Assembly: GCA_038057515.1 (NCBI GenBank)
Contig: JBBUDB010000034.1
Location: forward strand, 1-35,155
Direction of reading: 5' to 3'
Length of the DNA stretch: 35,155 bases
DNA from: Patescibacteria group bacterium
GTDB lineage: Bacteria > Patescibacteriota > Minisyncoccia > UBA6257 > 2-01-FULL-56-20
The notes under the pieces were generated by a model, which saw nothing but the letters and a program-made list of their open reading frames with translations, searched no databases and was not told the origin of the DNA. A program made the translations under genes and the position numbers. Shown here one piece after another: positions 1-6,401 of the stretch. The first letter of the stretch is position 1, and each line of letters starts with the position of its first letter.

Positions 1-2
1 CG

Positions 3-290
3 CGGCGCTGTGAGGAACTGAAACTGCCCCACTACTTCACCCATCCCCGCAGTCCAAAGGAAAACACCTATGTAGAGATATCCCATGGCGCGGATGAGCG
101 CGAATTCTATCAACAAGGACATATCCGCTTTGACTTCAATACGATGAGAAGGAAGCTCAAAGAATGGCAGCGAATCTGGAATGAGGTTAGGCCTCATCAA
201 GCCCTTAATTACCTGACTCCCAGACAATATTACGAAAAATGGCAGCGCGGTCGGCTGCCATCGAAAGATGTTATTACCTTACAAACCTAG
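3..290 (+). mobile_element. 3' end of a DDE transposase gene (retroviral-integrase/rve core, IS481/IS3-like); the 5' part lies outside the window
   Basis: An open frame enters from the window edge and stops at TAG 288-290. The translation ...HPRSPKENTYVEISHGADEREFY...WNEVRPHQALNYLTPRQYYEKWQRG* matches the C-terminal rve pattern: the catalytic-E segment followed by RPHxaLxxxTP. This ORF is not in the supplied track because it is open-ended. Confidence 0.75.
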
Positions 291-317
291 GTGGTCACTA
301 TGTGTCTGAACCTGGAC

Positions 318-355
318 ACCCGGCGTTTTAGCGAGGTTTTATGAGGTTTGGGGGG
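318..355 (+). repeat. 38-bp direct repeat, copy 1 (ACCCGGCGTTTTAGCGAGGTTTTATGAGGTTTGGGGGG)
   Basis: Identical 38-mer to 4330-4367 in the same orientation. It starts 28 nt after the transposase stop. Internally it carries GAGGTTTT/GAGGTTTG half-repeats spaced 10 nt apart. Confidence 0.9.
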
Positions 356-601
356 GTTGGGATTTCCCAGACGATCGAAGGCCATGGAGGGCATCCGCCC
401 TCCTCTTCTCTCGGCGAAACGCTGAAGTCTGGCTTTCCCGAGATCGAACGTGGTGACAACGAAGATGGGAGCGGCGACAAGAGGGAGTGACGCCAGCTCT
501 CGGGCGCAATACAGTGAGCCGCGCGGAAGAAACCGCGTGGCTCGTTTCACGCTTACATACACATAATCGGATGCCTAAGAGGTGCCAGGGTGGACACCGA
601 C

Positions 602-630
602 TTTACGAAATATGGGGTCGTGCCTATAAT
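602..630 (+). promoter_or_regulatory. sigma70-type promoter for serS (TTTACG-17 nt-TATAAT)
   Basis: -35 TTTACG at 602-607, a 17-nt spacer, -10 TATAAT at 625-630. The serS ATG at 663 lies about 26 nt downstream of the predicted transcription start. Confidence 0.5.
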
Positions 631-662
631 GTGCCTAAGAACAAGAAAATAATTACATAGAC

Positions 663-1940
663 ATGCTAGACCTTAAGTTCATAATCGAGAACAAAGAGCT
701 GATTAAAAACAACTGCAGACTGCGGAAGGTGAAACTAGACTTTGAAGAGCTGGAACGACTGGCTCAACAAAGAAAGACTAGTTTGCAGGAAACCGAGGAA
801 TTGCACTCCAAAATAAACAAGCTAGCCGAAATAGCCAAAGCAAGCGCGGCTAAGAAAGAGGTGGTTAGTCAAGATATAATAAACGAGGGAAAACGATTAA
901 AGGAAAAACTAGCCGTGGCAGAGGGTAGATTCTCAGAAACAGAGGGTAAACTCGAGGCTAAACTTATAGACATCCCAAACTTAACTCACCCCGACTCGCC
1001 GACAGGAGAAAGCGATGCTGATAATAAAGAAATAAGAACGTGGGGCAATATTATGAGGTTTGAATTTCAACCCAGAGATCACGTGGTCTTGGGTAAAAAT
1101 TTAGACATCATCGATTTCGATTCCGGAACAAAAACCACGGGCAACAAGTTTTATTTTTTGAAAAACGATGGTGTGCTTCTAGAATTCGCGCTTGTCCAAT
1201 ACGCTTTCGAGATTCTGCAAAAAGAGGGGTTTGTATTACACACAACTCCAGACCTGGCTCGCTTAGACATTATAGAGGGGGTGGGTTTTATCCCTCGAGG
1301 GCCAGAAGCTCAGATTTATCGGATTGAGAATGAAAACCTGGGCCTCATAGCAACGGCGGAAATAACCCTAGGCGGGATGTATCGTGATGAAGTTCTAGCT
1401 GGCAATGAGCTACCCGTGAAACTAGCTGGGGTTTCTCATTGCTTCAGAACCGAAGCTGGAGCGTACGGCAGGGCCTCCAAAGGGCTCTACCGAGTTCATC
1501 AGTTTACTAAGGTGGAAATGTTTGTTTTCTCCGCACCAGAAAGTTCCGATAAGATGCTAGACCATATAGTCCAAACTGAAGAAAAAATTTTTCAGGGATT
1601 AGGCATACCCTATCATGTTGTTGATTGTTGTACGGCGGATCTCGGCGGGCCAGCTTATCGAAAGTTTGATCTGGAGGCCTGGCTACCGGCGGATAGCAGG
1701 TGGGGAGAAGTTACCAGCGCATCCAATTGCACGGATTATCAGTCCCGGAGCTTGAATATCAAATACAAGAATTCATCCGATCACAAATCAAAGCTAGCGC
1801 ACACTTTGAACGGAACCGCTATTGCTGTCAGTCGCGCAATCATAGCCATCATGGAAAATTATCAGCAGGAAGACGGTTCGATTAAAATACCGGAGCCACT
1901 GCAAAGATGGATGGGCAAGGAATTCATAAAACCCCGATAG
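663..1940 (+). CDS. serS: seryl-tRNA synthetase
   Basis: 425 aa. N-terminal coiled-coil arm, then class II motifs (FRTEAG, RVHQFTKVEMF, GTAIAVSRAIIAIMENYQ). AT-rich codon usage, unlike most of the window. Confidence 0.93.
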   Translation: MLDLKFIIENKELIKNNCRLRKVKLDFEELERLAQQRKTSLQETEELHSKINKLAEIAKASAAKKEVVSQDIINEGKRLKEKLAVAEGRFSETEGKLEAKLIDIPNLTHPDSPTGESDADNKEIRTWGNIMRFEFQPRDHVVLGKNLDIIDFDSGTKTTGNKFYFLKNDGVLLEFALVQYAFEILQKEGFVLHTTPDLARLDIIEGVGFIPRGPEAQIYRIENENLGLIATAEITLGGMYRDEVLAGNELPVKLAGVSHCFRTEAGAYGRASKGLYRVHQFTKVEMFVFSAPESSDKMLDHIVQTEEKIFQGLGIPYHVVDCCTADLGGPAYRKFDLEAWLPADSRWGEVTSASNCTDYQSRSLNIKYKNSSDHKSKLAHTLNGTAIAVSRAIIAIMENYQQEDGSIKIPEPLQRWMGKEFIKPR

Positions 1941-2719
1941 GGTCGGCAAGGAAAGATGAGGTTATTACGGAAACCCTGAATTTTATTTTCGGTGGTGAAC
2001 CGCACGATGAGAGGGTTTTCTGGGACGAGGTTTGGAGGCACAGGATCAAATCGGGGGAATTTACCGAATTAACAAACTGGTTCCAGAAAAAGCTGTACGA
2101 AAAAAGGATTAGCGAGGTGCTTCTGCCATTATATGGAGATTTCCATGGTAAAAAAGTTTTAGAAGCTGGGTGTGGTTCCGGTTATGCCGGATTACTTTTG
2201 GCTAAGCTAGGGGCCACAACCTCCTTCCTGGACTTTTCTACTTCGGCGCTAGAATACTCTAAGGAGTTAGGTCGGAAGATTAGCGTTCCTGAAAAAAGAG
2301 TCATCTATACTAGGGGTGATATTCGCCAGCTCCCCTTTCCGAGCGAATCTTTTGATTTAATCTATAATTCCGGCGTCTTAGAGCACTATGGTGATCAGGA
2401 AATTATCTTTATTCTGCAAGAATTTAAAAGGGTACTAAAAAAAGGAGGGGGTGTTTTTGCCGTCATACCAAACCTTCTCTCAATGGAAATGCTCCGGAGA
2501 ATGAAGAACTTCGGAAAGGGCTCTGAACACTACATTTCTCGGAAACACTTCTTAGCGCTCTTTAAGCGTGCGGGGCTCGAGAGAGTAGAGATTGGTAGCG
2601 CCCATGCCTCAGCCCTGCCGTCTTCTCTCTCTCTTAAAATCTACGAGAGGGTGGCCTTTTTGGAAAAGCACTTGCGCCGCCTAGATTATCTATTTTATGC
2701 GCGCGGGGTAAAAAACTAG
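1907..2719 (+). CDS. class I SAM-dependent methyltransferase (Methyltransf_11-like); substrate unknown
   Basis: 270 aa. Motif I is VLEAGCGSGYAGLLLAKLG, with the acidic post-I residue in LDFS and motif II DLIYNSGVLEH. The start overlaps the serS 3' end by 34 nt, and GGAG lies 11 nt upstream. Confidence 0.8.
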   Translation: MDGQGIHKTPIGSARKDEVITETLNFIFGGEPHDERVFWDEVWRHRIKSGEFTELTNWFQKKLYEKRISEVLLPLYGDFHGKKVLEAGCGSGYAGLLLAKLGATTSFLDFSTSALEYSKELGRKISVPEKRVIYTRGDIRQLPFPSESFDLIYNSGVLEHYGDQEIIFILQEFKRVLKKGGGVFAVIPNLLSMEMLRRMKNFGKGSEHYISRKHFLALFKRAGLERVEIGSAHASALPSSLSLKIYERVAFLEKHLRRLDYLFYARGVKN

Positions 2720-3933
2720 AAATACTTTTTCACCAATTCTTTCATTGCGGATATCTTTTCTTGATCCGCGTCAGGAGTCACATACAGATCTGCCTCGTCC
2801 AACAATTCTAAAACTGGCCAGTTTTCCGAAAATAGCTTTCGAGCACCCTCCATTAAGGATAGCCCGAGATTATCGTATGCGTCATCAATCGCATGCCCTA
2901 AATAGAATATAAGACTCCTCTGGGGAGTGGTTGTGGAATCACCGCGTTCTCGTTCCAAATAATTTGACAAGCTGTGTTTGGGATAGCAGGCATCCAAAAC
3001 CTTTTTTGGCAACGTCCATAGAGGCATCAAGAGTTTTATATCTCCAAACTGGCGTACGGGGAAAGACAACGGCTTGCGCCCGTTCATCAATGAAAAAATC
3101 AATTCCGCTAATAAATCCTCTCTATTAAAACCTAAACAATATTCATCTGTCCCATGTATCACGCATAATCTGCGGGCTATCTTGGAAATGATATAAGTAG
3201 CAAAAAAGTTATGAGTGTTAATGCCAAATTTATTTTGGAACTCTGCCAATAAGTCGGCCATTTTACCCTTCATCTGGAGAAGCTCTTCCATCCCCTCTGG
3301 ATCAAAAACATAATGTTCTACGCCATATTTCGCGCAAAGTTTCGCAGCCCTTTCCACTGCGCTTTTAGGCCAAAATGGTTCAAAGACCAATGTAAATCCC
3401 ATATAACGCTTCGGGCTATTGTGTTTTTCGGTAAAAGCCCTGAAGCCCTTAAGCACGGAGTTGCTATCGCCACCGCCAGATATGCCCGCAATAACTATTT
3501 GGGCAGTGCTGTATTGGCGCATGAAATCACAGACTTTTTCTTCTACGATATTTTGCGCGACCAAATCATTAATCTCATAAACATCCTCAACGCACTCTCC
3601 GCCGGGAAACTCTAGACTACGTATAATAGTTGCTGCATTTTCTGCTTTCTCATAAGAGTTTATGCGTTGCGGAAAGACGCTTCGGAAATCAATATTACGG
3701 ATACACTGCAGAATTATTTCCTTATCGTCGGGAATGTCCTTTATAAAAAGATTAAGAGGGATTGGCTTGAGATGGGAATCTGGCGAAATTCCTGCGTCAA
3801 GTAAATAACCTTGAAATAAATTGCTCGGCAAACGCTGGCTTAATAAAAAAGATTCTAAGGTCAGTTCGATTGGTGCAATTGAAATCTTTTCTTCTGCGGC
3901 AAATCTAATTTTTATTTTTCGATTGTAATCCAT
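2716..3933 (-). CDS. PP-loop ATP pyrophosphatase superfamily protein (TilS/TtcA-like core) with an unassigned N-terminal domain of about 140 aa
   Basis: 405 aa. The PP-loop is IAGISGGGDSNSV (SGGxDS). Downstream, GFNREDLLAELIFSLMNGRK resembles the GHxxDDxAETxLxxLxRG segment of TilS/TtcA. The stop overlaps the convergent methyltransferase stop at the shared tetranucleotide CTAG (2716-2719). Confidence 0.65.
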   Translation of the reverse strand: MDYNRKIKIRFAAEEKISIAPIELTLESFLLSQRLPSNLFQGYLLDAGISPDSHLKPIPLNLFIKDIPDDKEIILQCIRNIDFRSVFPQRINSYEKAENAATIIRSLEFPGGECVEDVYEINDLVAQNIVEEKVCDFMRQYSTAQIVIAGISGGGDSNSVLKGFRAFTEKHNSPKRYMGFTLVFEPFWPKSAVERAAKLCAKYGVEHYVFDPEGMEELLQMKGKMADLLAEFQNKFGINTHNFFATYIISKIARRLCVIHGTDEYCLGFNREDLLAELIFSLMNGRKPLSFPVRQFGDIKLLMPLWTLPKKVLDACYPKHSLSNYLERERGDSTTTPQRSLIFYLGHAIDDAYDNLGLSLMEGARKLFSENWPVLELLDEADLYVTPDADQEKISAMKELVKKYF

Positions 3934-3951
3934 AAATTTAAAGACGAAAAC

Positions 3952-4000
3952 CCAACGGCCAACGGCATGGGTGGTGATACAATCCGATAATCCGATAATC
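3952..4000. repeat. short tandem repeats in the spacer upstream of the PP-loop gene: CCAACGG x2 (3952-3965) and AATCCGAT x2.5 (3981-4000)
   Basis: Read directly from the sequence: cCCAACGGCCAACGGc and AATCCGATAATCCGATAATC. Confidence 0.85.
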
Positions 4001-4002
4001 TG

Positions 4003-4173
4003 CTATTCCGATGCGCACAAAGAAGAGGCACAAATTACATCTTCAATTTTTGCATCAGTGAGCGAATCCAGAATTTTAGAGGTCAGGGTTTCGGTGACCA
4101 CGAAAGCCACGCGAGTGCCTGGCAGAAAAACCATGGTAGCTACTGCCTGACAAAAATTTTTAGGTTCTAACAT
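4003..4173 (-). CDS. hypothetical 56-aa protein with a Cys/Ser-rich C-terminus (MLEPKNFCQAVATMVFLPGTRVAFVVTETLTSKILDSLTDAKIEDVICASSLCASE)
   Basis: ATG 4173 to TAG 4003; shorter than anything in the supplied ORF track (none below 60 aa). It is co-oriented with and 69 nt upstream of the PP-loop gene, and downstream of a strong promoter at 4302-4330. It has no SD, but serS and the PP-loop gene in this block lack one too. Confidence 0.35.
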   Translation of the reverse strand: MLEPKNFCQAVATMVFLPGTRVAFVVTETLTSKILDSLTDAKIEDVICASSLCASE

Positions 4174-4301
4174 ACTGTTTGTGGTGGTTGAGGTTAACGA
4201 CCTTTATATTAATGATATAAATCTATAGGCCCTGGCTTTCGGCGTCAAGATCAACTTTCAAGGCGAGATGCAACGTACATATTGCACCATTTCTAAGCTC
4301 C

Positions 4302-4330
4302 ATTATAGCACCTTTCCCAATATTTTGCAA
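4302..4330 (-). promoter_or_regulatory. near-consensus sigma70 promoter on the minus strand (TTGCAA-17 nt-TATAAT), firing leftward into the small ORF and PP-loop gene
   Basis: The minus strand reads TTGCAAaatattgggaaaggtgcTATAAT. The -35 is at 4325-4330 and the -10 at 4302-4307. The -35 abuts and overlaps the first base of direct-repeat copy 2. Confidence 0.6.
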
Positions 4331-4367
4331 CCCGGCGTTTTAGCGAGGTTTTATGAGGTTTGGGGGG
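4330..4367 (+). repeat. 38-bp direct repeat, copy 2
   Basis: Identical to 318-355. It sits about where base composition switches from AT-rich (left) to GC-rich (right). Confidence 0.9.
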
Positions 4368-4504
4368 AATGACGAGATATTATTTCCTGGCTAATTTAGC
4401 CTCGCGGGGGCTGACACTAGTCTATGTCCGCGACGAGATATTTTTGTGTGATATCGAGGATATCCGAGGGTATATCGCGTTTGGCAAGCAAACTGTTGAC
4501 TGGA

Positions 4505-4578
4505 CCGAGAAAAACCGCCGGTATTGTTATACAACCTGACGATCGTCAGGTTGTATAACAATCTAGCGCGCATTACGG
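4505..4578. repeat. dispersed palindromic element, copy A (74 bp; perfect 40-bp palindrome at 4523-4562)
   Basis: CCGAGAAAAACCGCC..ATTGTTATACAACCTGACGA|TCGTCAGGTTGTATAACAAT..GCGCGCATTACGG. Near-identical to 13872-13944, differing by a 1-nt indel and a few substitutions in the flanks. The mirror-image peptides LYNLTIVRLYNN in track ORFs on both strands are artefacts of this palindrome. Confidence 0.9.
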
Positions 4579-4739
4579 TTCGAGGCCGGTATGCTCCGCG
4601 AAAAGAATGTCGCAAGACTAATAATGTTTCAATTCATGTTTGCTTTGTCTCATGGGGCGCGGCGCGAGGCAACGCCTTGGCTTCGCGATGTCTCAAGAGG
4701 TATACTGAACTCCGTTGGAAATGAATCTCTGACTATCTT

Positions 4740-5465
4740 ATGAATCAGCTCATCTTGGAAGTAAGGGCGGGCGTCGGCGGCGACGAAGCCGCGATCTTCG
4801 CAGCCGACCTGGCCCGCATGTATCAGCGCTATGCCGCGAGACGCGGCTGGAACTTCACGATCGTCGACTCAAGCGAGAACACCCTTGGCGGTTATAAGAC
4901 CTTTGTCGCCGAAATAGGCGGTGAGGGGTGCTACGATGCCCTGCGCCAGGAGTCAGGCGTTCACCGCGTTCAGCGCGTGCCGAAAACGGAAAAAGCCGGC
5001 CGGGTGCACACTTCAACGGCTTCGGTCGCTATCATGCCGTTTGTTGAAGCCAAAGAGGTGCCGCTCAATATGGGCGCCCTTGAGGTCACCTTTTCGCATG
5101 CCGGCGGCCCAGGCGGACAGAACGTGAATAAAAACGACAGTGCCGTTCGCCTCCACCACAAGCCGACGGGCATCGTCATCTCCTCGCGCTCGGAGCGAAG
5201 CCAACACGCGAATCGAGAAAAGGCCATCGAGATACTTCGGGCCAAGCTTTATGAGATGCAGATCGCCTCGGCGCACGGCGACGCCGCGGAAGACCGGCGC
5301 GAGCAGATCGGCTCGGGAGACCGCTCGGAAAAAGTCCGCACCTACAACTTCCCCGAGGACCGCATTACCGACCATCGCATTGGCAAGAAGTTCCACAATA
5401 TCGAGGCCATCATGGAAGGCGACCTTGATAAGATCGTCAAAGCGTTTCAAAAAATTTCATCTTGA
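4740..5465 (+). CDS. prfA: class I peptide chain release factor, RF1-type (PxT = PKT, GGQ present), lacking the N-terminal domain 1
   Basis: 241 aa. LILEVRAGVGGDEAAIFAADL aligns with the start of RF1 domain 2. GVHRVQRVPKTEKAGRVHTSTASVAIMP is the RF1 decoding (PxT) loop. GGPGGQNVNK is the GGQ motif, and SGDRSEKVRTYNFPEDRITDHR is the conserved C-terminal segment. An in-frame TGA lies 15 nt upstream of the ATG. Confidence 0.85.
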   Translation: MNQLILEVRAGVGGDEAAIFAADLARMYQRYAARRGWNFTIVDSSENTLGGYKTFVAEIGGEGCYDALRQESGVHRVQRVPKTEKAGRVHTSTASVAIMPFVEAKEVPLNMGALEVTFSHAGGPGGQNVNKNDSAVRLHHKPTGIVISSRSERSQHANREKAIEILRAKLYEMQIASAHGDAAEDRREQIGSGDRSEKVRTYNFPEDRITDHRIGKKFHNIEAIMEGDLDKIVKAFQKISS

Positions 5466-5543
5466 GTCGAATTGAAGGGTAAAAGCGTTACCGAACGACC
5501 ACCACCGCAACTAGAATCAAGATAAAGGTAAGATGGCGGAGGA

Positions 5544-5588
5544 ATTATATTACATCCTACGGTCGTACGATGTAATATAATCTATTTT
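5544..5588 (+). terminator. long AT-rich hairpin downstream of prfA (13-bp perfect stem plus inner pairs, followed by CTATTTT)
   Basis: ATTATATTACATC (5544-5556) pairs with GATGTAATATAAT (5569-5581). TACG/CGTA pair inside the loop. A short T-run follows at 5585-5588. Confidence 0.45.
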
Positions 5589-5666
5589 CCAAAAATGACC
5601 GTTCTGCCGCTCCCGAGTAAATTAGAAACGGAACGGCATCGCTAAATCCGGGTATGCCCGGAAGCA

Positions 5667-6376
5667 TTAGCCCTCGGCGTCTAATAACTCTTCTGCGTAG
5701 CTTCGCATTTCCTCAAACTTACTTCGCGCTTTCCACGGTTTTTGGGGCGGAGAGAATTTTTTCTCAACATCGGAGAGTGTTTTTCCGCACAGGCCAATCA
5801 GATCATGAAATATATGGCCCGGACCACCCCCCTTCATTGATACTAGTAAATCTATCGAGGCAATAGATTTGGGTTCTACATCTACGAGATACACGCTATC
5901 CTCGGAGTCGCCTTGTTTTCTGCCATACACGAACTGCGAGTTGTCCACATCGCTGAAAAAAACCGATTGGCACGGTAATCATCCAGGATCGAAGAAAACA
6001 AACTAGCGTAAAAACTATCAAACTTTTCCTTTGCCTCAGCCGGCAATAATCTGCTTTCTTCGATACTTTGACCTTCAATCTTATCAACGACCATCAGCAT
6101 CCTATCTTGCCCTTTGTCGTTTCGGCCCAATACCAAGTTGATATCCGGAACAGAAATATCGTAGGTCGTCCGCAAACGATCGAAGAACTCCTTGCTCAAC
6201 CGATAATCCGCTACCTCTTCAACCCCTTTAAAATATAACGGTTCCTCCCGCACGATTTTGCCGGGGTATTCCGATAGACGCTTGATATGCTTTTTAGAAT
6301 ATTCCTCTTCCCGGGGTATCTCTCGAAAAGGGTATCCGCCTTTTTCTTCGCCAGAACGCATTCTCTCGCCCGCCAT
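5667..6376 (-). pseudogene. hypothetical protein (about 236 aa if repaired; weak atypical-kinase-like features) split by a frameshift at an A7/T7 homopolymer
   Basis: Track ORFs 5882..6376 and 5667..5948 are adjacent frames of one reading. With one extra T in the run at 5956-5962 the junction reads ...DDYRANRFFFSDVDNSQFVYGRKQGDSEDSVYLVDVEP.... The LMVVDKIEG and SDVDN...LVDVE spacing is reminiscent of a small kinase-fold protein, but the evidence is weak. Confidence 0.6.
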
Positions 6377-6401
6377 AGGGTTAGAAGGGCTTGAAGGGGT
6401 T

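Noticed and set aside
287-562. 91-aa minus-strand ORF running across direct-repeat copy 1 and the GC-rich 200 bp before the serS promoter
   Set aside because: It is Arg-rich with low-complexity composition and no recognisable motif. It has no expression signals. It overlaps the transposase stop and the 38-bp repeat. It is most likely a chance ORF in GC-rich DNA. The 360-560 segment itself remains unexplained.
560-662. Possible T-box leader upstream of serS (GGGTGGACACCG at 587-598 resembles the T-box GGGTGGTACCGCG)
   Set aside because: I found no Stem I, specifier loop, AG-bulge or terminator/antiterminator pair. A good promoter at 602-630 lies downstream of the motif, so the motif would not be transcribed with serS.
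318-4367. CRISPR repeat interpretation of the 38-mer (it contains GTTTTAG... and is of CRISPR-repeat length)
   Set aside because: There are only two copies, separated by about 4 kb of ordinary genes. There is no array spacing and there are no cas genes.
4571-4590. tRNA-like T-arm (GGTTCGAGGCC) just right of palindromic element copy A
   Set aside because: Only 3 bp of the T-stem can pair, and there is no acceptor, D or anticodon arm around it.
4391-4724. Track ORFs 4391..4615 (-) and 4524..4724 (+), which share the peptide LYNLTIVRLYNN
   Set aside because: They are mirror-image artefacts of translating the perfect palindrome on both strands. They have no start context or homology. The same applies to the SAEGGSAFGGE peptide seen antisense to aspS.
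5467-5666. Possible small RNA or ORF between prfA and the frameshifted gene
   Set aside because: Only two hairpins are evident: 5544-5581 and TCCGGG-tatg-CCCGGA at 5647-5662. Both are adequately explained as 3'-end structures of the convergent genes.
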